From an uncultured Planctomycetaceae bacterium (GTDB lineage Bacteria > Planctomycetota > Planctomycetia > Isosphaerales > Isosphaeraceae): DNA of 64,000 nt. The DNA lies in NCBI GenBank assembly GCA_963833985.1, contig CAWIAD010000002.1, positions 4,896,001 through 4,960,000 of the forward strand, written 5' to 3'. Each line of letters opens with the position of its first letter. Positions within the stretch are counted from its first letter, which is position 1. This document shows positions 10,640 through 21,702 of the stretch, in pieces. The notes under the pieces are model-generated. The model had not been told where the DNA came from. It did no database searches and saw only the letters and a program-made list of their open reading frames with translations. The translations under genes and the position numbers were made by a program.

Positions 10640-11392
10640 ATGATCATCCAGTGTCCGAGCTGCCGGTTTTCCGGCCGGATCCCAAGCTATGCTCTCGACA
10701 GCCCGCACGTCGCCAAGTGCCCGAAATGTCACTATCGGTTCGAGTTGCTCGGTGAGCCCGCGATCGGCATGCACGCCCAGCCAGAGCTGCATACCGACCC
10801 GGGGTCTTCCTCGTATGAGTTGAAGGCTATTACCGAGGTTCCCGAGGCATACGGCGATGAAGAAGATCAGGATCTCTGGGAAAATCAGGAGAGCCCCGCG
10901 GATGCAGGTCATGACTCCAAGCCGGCCCTGACCACCCCCTCCCGTGCTTCCTCAACCGATGCATGGCCAGCGCCGGAGTCCATTCCTCGGATCTCCTGGC
11001 ACACCCAGGCCGACCCCTGGTACTGTCGCGTGCTTCAGATTTGGGGCGTGGTTTTTCTCTTCTGGGCGGGGGTCATCGTCGCGCATAGTTTGTTCATCTC
11101 GCTTGGATCCGAGGTCGTGCGGGACGGCCATGCCGGGATCCTCTCGAGCGTCGTCTCCGTGTTGCTCCTGGTTCCTGGTGCCGCAGCGTTGTTCCTCCTG
11201 GTCGACCTGAGCCGCTACATCCGCGGGCTTTTGCCCACGTTGCCGCAGGCAGTCGCACAGCCCTCCCCGCCGACGGCATCGCTCGCGAGCGCACCGCCCG
11301 GTCGCCTCTGGAGCCGCATCCTCCATCCCGGGCCTCAGCCGGGCGCGGAATTCAAGGTGGCTCAGCTTCCTGCCGAGTCGACGGCGGTCTGA
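10640..11392 (+). CDS. Zinc-ribbon (CxxC...CxxC) membrane protein
   Basis: MIIQCPSC...CPKCHYRF, acidic linker, two hydrophobic helices. Confidence 0.7.
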   Translation: MIIQCPSCRFSGRIPSYALDSPHVAKCPKCHYRFELLGEPAIGMHAQPELHTDPGSSSYELKAITEVPEAYGDEEDQDLWENQESPADAGHDSKPALTTPSRASSTDAWPAPESIPRISWHTQADPWYCRVLQIWGVVFLFWAGVIVAHSLFISLGSEVVRDGHAGILSSVVSVLLLVPGAAALFLLVDLSRYIRGLLPTLPQAVAQPSPPTASLASAPPGRLWSRILHPGPQPGAEFKVAQLPAESTAV

Positions 11393-11533
11393 CACCGTGG
11401 CAGCCTCAGCACGAAAGAGCCCAGGGTGCTGGCCGGCCGCATGCTTCCATCCTTCCCTTCCACCCGAATCGTCTCGGCGTTGACGCACCAGCCGCACCGC
11501 CGTACGATCTGCGGGCAGGAAGGAACGGGAACC

Positions 11534-12514
11534 ATGGATGCGGTTCAGGTCGTCGGTGCTGGAGGTATTGGCTGCGCCATCGGATACTCGCTGCGGTCCG
11601 CCGGCGTGCCCGTGCGTTTCGTGGAGGCCAATCCCCGCAAGATCCTGGCCGGGCTGCGTCACGGGGTGCAGATTCAAGGCCATCCGCCAACCGACGCCGG
11701 GTTTGTGACGTTTGACTCGTGGATTCCACCGGCTGGCGCCACGGTTCTCCTGTGCACCAAGGCGTTCGACAACGGAGCCGTGCTGGCAAGGCTCCCCGCC
11801 GGTGTCTGTCTGGTTCCCATCCAGAACGGGTTCGACCCGCTGCTTGAAAGGCACGAGCACCAACTTGAAGGGATCGCCTCCTTCGTCTCGGAGTGCCACC
11901 CGCACCGCCCCTGCACGCGGATCACCCGCGCCGGCTGTCTCCATCTCGGCTGGCGGTCCATCACGGCGGCGCCGCGCGACCGCCCCGAATGGATGGACAG
12001 GCTGGCAGGTACACGGTTCTTCCGCCTATTCGAGGTGCCGGCGATCGGACCATACAAGCACACGAAGCTGATGTACAACTCCGCGATCTCGCCACTGTGC
12101 GCCATGACCGGCGTTGACAATGGCACGCTGCTGTCGCTGCCCTCAGCGCGCAGGCTGTTCTTTGCACTGCTGCAAGAGAACCAGCGAATCCTGGCGGCGG
12201 CCGGGGTCGTGCTCGGAAGGCTCGGCCCCTTCCCTCCCGCGGCGGTGGCCGCGATTCTGAAGCACCGATGGCTGGCCAACCCACTGGCCCGCGCGCTGGA
12301 GCCCTCGCTGCGCGGCACCTATTGCTCGATGGCCGGAGAGATCGAGAAGGGCCGCACCGAGATCGAATACTATAACGGGCATTTGCTGCACCTGGCCCGG
12401 CAGAACGGCACGCCTTGCCCGCTCAACCAGGCTGTTTATGACGTGGTGGTCCGGATGAGCAACGAACGGGCGCGGCCATCTCCGGCCGCCTGGCGCCGGC
12501 TGGCCGCGGCATGA
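11534..12514 (+). CDS. Ketopantoate reductase (ApbA/PanE) family protein
   Basis: GAGGIG, LLCTKA, IQNG, KLMYN, SM...GRTEIEYYNG motifs. Confidence 0.82.
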   Translation: MDAVQVVGAGGIGCAIGYSLRSAGVPVRFVEANPRKILAGLRHGVQIQGHPPTDAGFVTFDSWIPPAGATVLLCTKAFDNGAVLARLPAGVCLVPIQNGFDPLLERHEHQLEGIASFVSECHPHRPCTRITRAGCLHLGWRSITAAPRDRPEWMDRLAGTRFFRLFEVPAIGPYKHTKLMYNSAISPLCAMTGVDNGTLLSLPSARRLFFALLQENQRILAAAGVVLGRLGPFPPAAVAAILKHRWLANPLARALEPSLRGTYCSMAGEIEKGRTEIEYYNGHLLHLARQNGTPCPLNQAVYDVVVRMSNERARPSPAAWRRLAAA

Positions 12515-12571
12515 CGCCCTGAAGTCGCTCGCGATCGCATCCATTCGAGCGGGAAGCCAGCCGCGTCAGGC

Positions 12572-15500
12572 TCACACCGTTTCGGGTGCCGATTCGATCT
12601 CTTCCGGACTTCCCGAAGGCTCTGCGCCATTTCCGTTTCCGTCGCGGACTGGTTCCCTGGCGGGCTCCGGCGCAGGCTCGGTTTCAGGTTCCCGCACCGG
12701 TCCGGGCCGGGCCTGGAAGCGGCGGCTGACCTCCTCGAGCCAGGCGTGGTCGGGCAGGCCGTAGGGCCGGAACTTCTCGATCTTGTTCTCTTCCTCGCTG
12801 AAGAAGAGGGCCCGGTTGGGGCCGAGCTTGCCGGCGGCCGGCGAATCGATGAGCGAGCTGCTATCGTTCGCGCTCATCTGGAAGAGCACCCGGATCTCGA
12901 ACTCCTTGAGTGCCTGGCGATCGAACGTGCGGTTCAGGTTGTTCACGCTGTCGCACCAGACCAGGGTATGGACGGCCACCGAGGGGCCATCCTTGAGGAT
13001 GGTCGCGAACGACTTCGACGGTGAGGCCGGCTTGTCCTCACCGAAGCTGGACGAGAAGCCGAAGTCGTCGTCGCCCTTGCGGATGTCGCGGAAGCGCTGG
13101 ATGTCGTAGATGAGCAGGTAGATCGGGGCCAGAGTCTCGGTATCCTCGTCCCTCCGCCGCTCCACGTCGGCGGCAATCTCACCCATGACCTTGCCGAGCT
13201 CGCGGGCGGAGACGGTCTTGACCGGGTGCGGGAGGTACCGCTCGAGCTTGCCCAGCTCGCCGGAAAGTGAAGAGTCCACCGGGCTGCCGTCCAGCAGGTA
13301 AAGCCGCAGGCCTCCCTTGCTGCGCGGGGGGTGCTGTGCGGCCACGCTCAACCCCGCCATCATCAGCATGGCCAGGGCGGCCTCGTCGTTCTGGCCGATG
13401 ATCAGGAGGTTGCTGCCGCTCTGCGGGCGGAAGACGGCGGAAGTCGGATCCTTGATCGCGATCGCGTCGCCCAGCCAGGCCTGCTCGAACCGGGGGAGTG
13501 TCGCGGGCCACTCGGCGCATCCAGCAGCGCGTTCAGGAGCGGGTTCTTGCTGGCGATCGCCGGCAGGTTCCCTTCGAACACGATGGGCGTCGCCGGCGGC
13601 CGGTTCTGGGCGCGGGCCAGGTCTTGCATGTCCCTGAGGTATTCTTCGCGCCGCTCGTCGGAGAGCCAGACCACCTGGAACAGGTTGTTCCCCTCGATCA
13701 TGCCGTTGGCGTCGTTGTAGATCGCCTCGCCAGGCCGTGTCAGCAACCGGGCCGCGGTATTGTCCTCGCTGAGGATCAGGTGCGCGTCGGCCTCGCTGCA
13801 CTGTAGTGCGATGCGTACGGCCATCTGGCCGAGCGTGGCCCTGGCCAGCGAGTACGCTCCGCCCAGGGTTTGCGAGCCCAGGTTGACGTGGATGCCGAAG
13901 GCCCGGCCTTGCCGAACCAGCCGGTCCAGCAACAGCGAGACTTCCTGCGAGATCTTGTCGTCCTCGACGAAGAACTCCTGGAACTCATCGACGATGAAGA
14001 GGATCCGCGGCATCGGCGTGTCGGGCCGGGCGTCGCGAAACCCCTTGAGGTCTTGCACGCCCACCTCGCGATACAGATCGCCGCGCCGTTTCAGTTCCAG
14101 GTCCAGGCGCTGGAGCACGCTGAGCCCGAACTCGCGCTCGCTCTCGACGGCGATGACCTTGGCGTGGGGCAGCTCGAAGGCCGCATAGACCTTGAACTCG
14201 ACGCCCTTCTTGAAGTCGATCAGGTAGAGCTCAAGATCGTCGGGGCTGTACCGCAGCGCCGAGTTGACTATCAGGGCATGCAGCAGGGTCGACTTGCCCG
14301 AGCCCGTCTTGCCGGCGATCAGCACGTGCTGGCTGGTTCCCTTGCCGAGGGTCAACGATTGCAGCTTGGTGGCGCCGGCCCGGCCCAGGGGGACGTCCAC
14401 GCCGCTCCGGCTGTCGCTGGCCCAGTACGCGTCTCGAGGCGGAGCGATGAAGTCGAACGGCACCTCCACGCGGTTGGCGTCGCGTGCTTTCTCGCCCACC
14501 AGGTGGAGGATCTGCGAAAAGGTTCCAGCGCCGGGCGGGGTGTCGAGCACCAGCGGGAAGCGGCCGAAGTGGCTGTCGCGCCATTGCAGCCGGTTCTCCT
14601 TCCAGTTGATGTTCACGCAGAAGGATTCCAGGTCCTTGAGCTGGCAACCGGCGGGCAAGGGGAGCTTGGTGTCCAGCGAGATGAGTGCGTACACTCCGCA
14701 CCGCGCTCCGGTGCTGACAATACTCATGAGCCGGCGCGCGGCCGACTCGTTGAAGCTGGTCGGGAAGTTGGCCACCACCAGCACCCGGAACGGCTCGGCG
14801 ACCTCGCCGGCGAAGGCGTTGTATTCCTCGATGGTCTCGAACTCGTTGCGCAGGTATTTCTGGATGACGTTCTCCATGTGCGCCTGGAGATCCGTGAGAC
14901 GCTGGTCGAAGTGGGGCGTTTCCGTCCAGATGCGGCTGGTGACCAGCAGCTCGTGGTAATCGGCCAGGTGCATGAACGCGGCGAAGTTCTCACCCAGTCC
15001 CACCGGGTCGAAGATGGTGAAGCGGACCTTGCCGGGGGGCACCGAGGTGAGGAACCGCAGCATCAAGGCCTGAAGCAGCTTCACGGCCTCGGGCTTGCCG
15101 GATTCGGCCGTCTTGATGAGCACAGAGGACTGGATGGGGAAGGGAATGAGGGCGGGGAGGTTCAGTTGCGTGGGACCGGCGTCCTTGAGGCGCGGATCGA
15201 CGGGCACGCCGCCCTGGAAATCGCCAAGCTCGATCTTGAACCGTCCGAAGGGGAGCGCCGGAGGCACCTCCGCGGGAGGGTTCCAGGCCTCCAGCGGCGT
15301 GCCGTTCCAGTCCAGGTAGCGGCGTGCCGATTCGTCGTTGACCTCGCCGGCCAGCCCGCCCACGCGGGCCAGACCCTCGGTCCAGGTGCGGATAAGCTTC
15401 TCCCAGGTCTGATCGTAGAGCTCCTTGGTCGCCTGGGTGGTCTTGCGGTGGTTCTCCTGAAGCTGGCGCGTGTCGCGCTCGTACGTCTCATCGAGCGCCT

Positions 15501-16644
15501 TGATGCGCGGCGGATACTCCTCGTCCACGCGTTTCAGCTCGGCATCGCGGCGTGCCGCAAGGTCGGTCATCCGGGCGGGATACCTCGCGTCGGCTTCCTG
15601 GCGGTCACGCTGCTGCCGTGCTTCGGCCTCGGCCAGCTTGCGTGCCAGCGTCTCGTCGGCTTTCTTCACTTCGCGTTCGCGGTTCTGTTCCGAGTCGCGC
15701 TGGCGGCGCTCGAATTCCGCCTTCACCCACTCCGCGGTCTCCGCGAGCAGGCGTTCGGCGTTCTCGAGCGCCCGCAGCAGGGGGTAGTAATGCAGGGCGA
15801 CCTTCGGCCGGGCCAGGCTGGCAAGACCGAAATAGCAGCCCGCGGCCAGCGCCACGGTGAGGAGCGCACCGGCAATCGCTCCCCCGGTCCAGCCGATCGT
15901 CAGCCCCAACCCGACGATGGCCCCAGCTCCCAGGGCCAGGAACGGCCAGACGAAGTTCTGAAGCTGGAGGAAGCCGGGTGTCTTCAATCGTTCCAGCGCC
16001 AGCAGCTCGTCGTCGGCGCGCTTGATGGCCTGCTGGAGCGTCGTCACCTGCGACATCTCGCCGGGATCGGTGGCGTCGGGATCGGTGGCCGCGGTCGTCA
16101 CGGCGACCACCGGAGGCGTCTGCGCCGAGGCTGCCGGCTCAACGCCGGCGAGCTTCTTGCAACGCGCCAGGACCGGCCGCGCCATCTCCTTGAGGTTCTC
16201 GTAGTCCGCGCGGCTGGCGGCCAGCATCTCCTCGTCGCGCTTCCGCGACTTGACCGTTCCGTCACGCGCCGCCTCGTACATCGCCAGCGCCTGCCAGCGC
16301 GCGTCCTCGTGCGTTTTCTTCGCCCGGTTGCGGTCCGACTTGGCCTGGGCGTCGATCTTCTGCTTGACCTGTGAGTACTCGGCCTGCGTCGCCTGGTTGT
16401 CACGCTCGAACGTCTGCACGATGGTGGCGCGCGCCTGCTGGTACTCCACCTCCAGCGCCGCCTTCTCCGACTTGAAGCGCGCCGCGCGCTGCCTGGACGC
16501 GTTCCGGAAGTCGTGCTCCTCGCGCTCGCGACGGCGATGAAAGACCAGCTCGGTCTCGGTCTCACCCTTGGCGCGTTCGGCGATGAGGGCTTCCAGGTCG
16601 GTCAGGGCAGCAATCTCTTTTTGAACCAGCGGTGATTCAGGCAT
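12572..16644 (-). CDS. FtsK/SpoIIIE-domain ATPase, EccC/EssC-like (1-bp frameshift near 13514; ~1357 aa if restored)
   Basis: Coiled coils, TM hairpin, three FtsK-like domains; the middle one has GKTGSGKS, IDFKKGVEF, IVDEFQE, RQGRAFGIH. ORFs 13402-16644 and 12572-13801 join as LLDA(P)EWPATLP on adding one base. Confidence 0.88.
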
Positions 16645-16689
16645 CTTGGGCGCAGTCCCGGTTTCATGTGAAAGGCAAAGTTGGCCGCG

Positions 16690-16905
16690 TCAGTCACTTT
16701 CCTGGCACTGGCGGCGGATCTTACCCAGCGTCTCGGAGAGCTTGTCCATTCCCACGATCGTGTGCTTGACCAGGTGGTCCACCGGATCGAGGTGGTGCTT
16801 CTCGAAGTCCTGAGCGACCTTGTCGGCCCAGGATTCGCGGGCGATATCCCACTTCTCGCGGAGATCTTTCAGTGCGTGCTGTAACCGCGCGGAATGTGCG
16901 CTCAT
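16690..16905 (-). CDS. Small WXG100-like helical protein
   Basis: 71 aa, helix-SWADKVAQDF-helix; ATGA overlap with the upstream gene. Confidence 0.7.
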   Translation of the reverse strand: MSAHSARLQHALKDLREKWDIARESWADKVAQDFEKHHLDPVDHLVKHTIVGMDKLSETLGKIRRQCQESD

Positions 16906-17639
16906 GCCTTCTGCTCCTGGCCCCTGGGCGGCTCCTTCAAAGATGCGGGATCTGCCATGGCGGATGCCGTTTCAGCCGCCACGGCCGCGTGTTCTTGCGA
17001 ATCCTGCAACGCCTCTGTCTCTCCCTCTCCCTGGGCAGGGTCCGTTGCGATCGGCCCGCTCGCCGGGCTGGCCGCATCCGGGCCGCCAGCACGGGCCGCG
17101 GCCGACGATCCGGCCGAGCCAGACTCTCCAGACCCATCCAGCCGAGGAGCAGCGGGCGCCTGCAACGCCAGGTAGGATTCGAGAGAATCGATCATCTTCG
17201 CCAGGCTCCCCAGCGACTTGTCCACACCCCCGGACAGATGATCAGCCAGCGGCGTGGCGCGCGAAGTATACTCGGACATGGCGTGGTGGAAGATCGGGAT
17301 CAGCTTTTTGACCGCCTCCACTTTCTCCTCCGCAACTCGCAGCTTGCGCTGCGCCTCGCGGAGGGCCTCCTTCTGCTCCGTATCGGAGATCGCGTCACTG
17401 CCTTGCTGGGAGATCCTGCGGCGCGAGAGCTCGGTCCGCGCGGTCATCATCGCTTCGTGCCGGCGCTTCACCTGCATCTGCCAGTATGAGAGCTGGTCGC
17501 GCTCCAGCCAGTCGCGCATTCGCTTCAGTTCCATGTCCACCCCACCCAGCGCATTGCGCGCCTCCTCGGTGAAGGTGACCAGCGCCACCCGGAAGTCTTT
17601 CAAAGCCTGGACCGAAAGGACTTTCGCGGAATCGGCCAT
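16902..17639 (-). CDS. Long helical/coiled-coil protein of the WXG100-FtsK operon
   Basis: ATG at 17639 follows GGAGG; alpha-helical N-terminal ~160 aa ending LESYL, then a low-complexity Ala/Ser/Gly tail. Confidence 0.75.
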   Translation of the reverse strand: MADSAKVLSVQALKDFRVALVTFTEEARNALGGVDMELKRMRDWLERDQLSYWQMQVKRRHEAMMTARTELSRRRISQQGSDAISDTEQKEALREAQRKLRVAEEKVEAVKKLIPIFHHAMSEYTSRATPLADHLSGGVDKSLGSLAKMIDSLESYLALQAPAAPRLDGSGESGSAGSSAAARAGGPDAASPASGPIATDPAQGEGETEALQDSQEHAAVAAETASAMADPASLKEPPRGQEQKA

Positions 17640-17780
17640 GGAGTGGACCCTCCGTCGGTGGCCAGTATTCATTGAGCAGCGGTAAACTGTCCCACCCGCG
17701 GTTCCGGCGTCTTCGCCGACGCCCTGGGTTTGCGGCCCGCAGTTCGCCGCCCACGGCTCGCCACGCGCCAACTTGTCGAA

Positions 17781-18053
17781 TCATCGCTGCTGCAAGTACT
17801 CGTCCGCCCGGTCCGCCTTGCGCATCAGGAAAGGGATATGCTGGTTGGTGGCATCGACAAAACGCTTGACGACCTGCATGGTCTGCTCGAATTCCTCGAC
17901 GAACTTGTCATGCTCGCGGTCGCGCCAGCTCTGGCCCAGGCCGGAAACCTGGCCGTGGAGCACGGTCAACTGGTTCATCAGGTCGTTGTTGAACTGCTTG
18001 AGCCGCGCAGCGAACCGGCGGATTTCTTCCGGATTCACAATGGCCTGTGCCAT
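17781..18053 (-). CDS. WXG100 family type VII secretion target
   Basis: 90 aa: MAQAIVNPEEIRRFA...GQSWRDREHDKF...ADEYLQQR; central W-x-D turn between two amphipathic helices. Confidence 0.85.
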   Translation of the reverse strand: MAQAIVNPEEIRRFAARLKQFNNDLMNQLTVLHGQVSGLGQSWRDREHDKFVEEFEQTMQVVKRFVDATNQHIPFLMRKADRADEYLQQR

Positions 18054-18335
18054 GCCATGCCTCTTTCCGGGACGAGTACCAAATCGAAGAGTGACTGCCT
18101 CGCAACAATCGCGCGATCGCGCAGCTCGGTGCAGCAGACCGCGCAATGCCAAAGATTTGACGTCTCTTATGTTATACGGACCAAAACGTACTGTAAAGCC
18201 ACCGATAGAACTGAGCGACGGGGCGCGAACTTCAGGCTCCCCTTTTGGCGTGCGCTTCGCTTGCCGGTGAGAACCGGATAACATCTCTGGGTGCACGCGA
18301 GCCGTCGCGGCCGCCGGATCGAAAGAGGTTATTTC

Positions 18336-18842
18336 ATGCGTCAGCTTTACATCCTGCGGCATGGCATCGCGGTGCCTCACGGAACGCCCGGGGTTGAGGA
18401 AGATCAGCGGCCGCTCACGCCCAAGGGAGTTAAACGCATCAAGGAAGTCGGCCGCGCCCTGGCGATGCTCGGTCTGGAGCTCGACCTCATCGTCACCAGC
18501 CCCCTGCCCCGCGCACGCAGGACTGCGCAGATCGTGGCCCAGGAACTGAACCTCGTGGATCGATTGGAAACCTCCGCGGTCCTCAGCGCGGACTCTGATT
18601 GCCAGGCCATCCGCGACTGGCTGGCCGGCCTGGGCGCTGAGCGGGTCATGATCGTGGGCCACAATCCTTCGCTCGGCGAACTGGTCGGGCTGCTGCTCCT
18701 GGGCGAGCCCGGGAAGCTGCCCTTCGACCTCAAGAAAGGCGCCGTCGCGGCGCTCTCCGCCACACCGAGGACCGGTTCGTTGTACCAGCTCGACTGGACG
18801 GCTCCCCCCGCAATGCTTCGCCTGCTGCGCAAGCGGAAATAA
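18336..18842 (+). CDS. sixA: Phosphohistidine phosphatase SixA
   Basis: LYILRHG, RPLTPKG, TSPLPRARRTA, VGHNP motifs. Confidence 0.9.
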   Translation: MRQLYILRHGIAVPHGTPGVEEDQRPLTPKGVKRIKEVGRALAMLGLELDLIVTSPLPRARRTAQIVAQELNLVDRLETSAVLSADSDCQAIRDWLAGLGAERVMIVGHNPSLGELVGLLLLGEPGKLPFDLKKGAVAALSATPRTGSLYQLDWTAPPAMLRLLRKRK

Positions 18843-18871
18843 CCCCAGCAACGGGGCGGCACGAAAGCTCT

Positions 18872-21575
18872 TCAGAACACTTCGTCCAGGAATCTCGTTC
18901 CCAGCTCCTGGACCGGCTGGAAGGCCGGTGAGGCGGCGTACGCCTGCAAGCTGCGCAGCATCTGGCGGGCCGCCGGGTTCCTCGCTGCCAGGCCCGGCAG
19001 ATCGATCGTGCAGACCAGCAGCCGCCCTGCACCGACGCGGGCCTCGAAGAGGTTCCCGAGCTTGTGGTTGCGGGCAAAGTTGTCAATCACCTGGATGATC
19101 GGCCGGAAGCCAGGCGGAGTGCCATCGAGCACCACGCTGCGGCTCTGGTCGAGCAGCTCATACCATTGCCAGTTCGAGTGCGAATCCGTGGGGAAGCCCC
19201 TGAGCGCGGGATGGGCGGGATCGCAGAGGATCCCCATCGTGTTCGGCTGCTGGTCCGGGAACCAGACCGGGCTCCAGAACACGGGCAGAAACCGGCCGGG
19301 CAACGATTTCGACGTGCCGAGCTTGCGCGGGAACAAGAGCACCACTTTGCCGGCGGCCAGCGCCGACCTCGTGGCGTCATCCCAATCGTCGCTCACGAGC
19401 AGGCCAGACGGCGGAGGCTCGGCCGGTCCAGGCGGATAGACCCAGATGTCCCACTCATTGGAGAACTCGAACCCGGTCCCGCCCAGGCCGAGCGTGACGA
19501 CCAGACGGCAAGGCGCCGAGGCGCTGTGGAGCGGGGCGCGGATGGTCCCCAGCCGCGTCAGCGCCTCCGGTTGGTACCTTGCGAGGCTCGAAAGTCCCAG
19601 CAGCCACCGTGCGGCCGCGGTCGTCGCGGATCGTCCAGGCCGGCGCGGCGTCGGCCAGCGGCCCCGGCCCGTAATGAGCCACCTCGGCTTCGGCCACGAA
19701 ACTTTCGTCGCTGGTATAGATGCGCCGGGGCATCCGCACGAGCGGCACCGTCGGCCCACAGTAGCGGCGATGAGCCTCCGGAGTCACGATTCCCTTGGAC
19801 TCCCAGAATGGATCCAGCAGCCCCACCAGCGCAGTCCCCTGGCCCGGATAGTCGTGCAGGTCCAGCAGCGAAAAGCCTGCATAGTTTGGCGTCCGCAGCA
19901 GGATCTCGATCTCCTCCTTGTAAAGCAGTGCGGCGTGCCGGCCGGTCGCCTCGAAGAACCGGGGGGCCAGGTCGAGCATGTGCCTGGACTGGAGGTCCGC
20001 GCGGACGATCTCGAAGTTCCGTGCGGCGAGCACTCCGTTGTACTTGGCGATCTCACCCAGGTTCGGATAGAAGGTCCACTGACCGATTTCATGACCGGTG
20101 AGCGGCCGGTCCTGGCGCGCGACCTCGGCTCCGAAGTCGCGGTCGGTGCCCGGGCCGTGCACGCCGCGCGGGCCTCCCTCGGTGAACTGGCGGTTGGCCG
20201 TCCCCTGGCCCGCGGACGGCGACGCGTAGAGATGCCGGGGGTCCTCGCGGCGGAGCCGGTCAATCCACCGCGAAAGCAGCGCGTCCTTGCCTCCGTACTC
20301 GTTCCCCAGGGTCATCAGGCAGAACGAAGGATGATTGCCGTAGTTGCGGACGATGCGCAGCAGCTCGGCTTCGACGAAGGCGTCACGCGCGGGGTCCGAG
20401 CCGGCATCCACGTTCGCCAGGGGGCCCTCCGGCTGCACGATGACGCCTTCCAGGTCGGCAGCCTCGAAGGCCGCTTCCGGAGGGCACCAGGAATGGAAGC
20501 GCAGGAAGTTCAGGCCGTACGACTTGATCGTCCGGGCGATTCGCCGCCACTCGCCCACGGTGGCCGGCGGATAACCGGTGCGCGGGAAGATCGCGCATTC
20601 CAGGGTCCCGCGCAGCAGGATCGGCCGGCCGTTCAGGGCGAACCGCGTGCCAAGAGCGGTGAACTCGCGCAACCCGAACCGCACGGCCTTCTCGTCGCGG
20701 CAGGTCTTGCCTTGCGTCGCGGCCGACACCTGGGCGCTGGCGACAAGCAGCCGGGGCGAGAATTCGTCCCAGAGCGGTGCGTCGGGCCCCAGGTCCAGCT
20801 CCCGCACCACCTCCGCGGAGCGACCGAGCCGCACATCCAGATGATCGCTGGCCAGGACCGCGCCACCGCCGCGCGGTTTGACCATGAGCTCCAGCTGCGC
20901 CGTCACGGGCTGCTCCAGCGTGCTCGTCAATCTCACCCGGACCCGGGCCCGCCTGTGCTCCACGTCCGGGTAAACCTGGAGGTCCTCGATGGCCACGGCA
21001 TCGATGGCGCGGATCTCCAGGCTGCCCACCAGGCCGTTCCAGTTCGTCTGCGTCCCATCGTAGAGGATCGATACGAAGCCGCCCAGGTCGAGCTTCCTCG
21101 TGTTGTCGACCCGGATCGTGAGCCGGCGCGTGCCGGCGATCGTCCCCAGGTCGTGCACGTGCGGCGCCACCAGGCTGTCCTGCATTCCCGGCACGGCCTT
21201 GCCGTCGATCCAGACCCGGGTTTCCCAGTGCACCCGTTCGAGCACCAGCGAGATGCGCTTCCCCTTCCAGGAGCCGGGAATCATCAGCTCGCACTGGAAC
21301 CACGCCTGCCCCTCATAGGGGTAGAGGCGGTACAGCCCGTCGAGCGACGGCTTCGCGGTGTTCGGCGCGCCCAGCCGGGCCTCGTCGGTCGAGCCCGGCA
21401 GCGTGATCGTGCCGGCGAGCTCGCGCTCGTACCAGCGTTCGGCCTCGCCCACCCGCCCGGGATCAAGCTGCACCCGCCACTGGCCCGCGATGGACCGGGT
21501 CTCCGCGGCCCTCAGGCCCGGCGCTCCCGAAAGAACACCAATTCCCAGTGCCAGGGTCAGAAAGAAGCGATTCAT
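18872..21575 (-). CDS. Glycoside hydrolase family 2, secreted (frameshift near 19565)
   Basis: Signal peptide, sugar-binding N-domain (LERVHW, RVDNT), FGLREF, YGLNFLRFHSWCPP, NHPSF...GNE; continues in ORF 18872-19759. Confidence 0.85.
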
Positions 21576-21702
21576 GATGAGAGTCCATCCAGGTCCCATG
21601 GAGTTCAACGGGCGGCAGTGAGCTCGCCCCCATGTGCGCATGCCGGGGCTGGCCGTGCGGAGCCAGGCGGCGCCACAGGACAATACCCTCGACGTCGCTT
21701 GC

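Noticed and set aside
13514..13520. Programmed frameshift in the FtsK ATPase
   Set aside because: No slippery heptamer; it matches the window-wide 1-bp indel error pattern.
13870..16374. 834-aa plus-strand ORF and similar long antisense ORFs (19446-21791, 28797-30797, 40342-42507, 55035-56525)
   Set aside because: Shadow ORFs opposite well-supported genes, expected in high-GC DNA; no motifs.
18054..18851. 356-aa extended version of the WXG100 ORF
   Set aside because: The extension is antisense to sixA; the real start is ATG 18053 after a purine-rich RBS.
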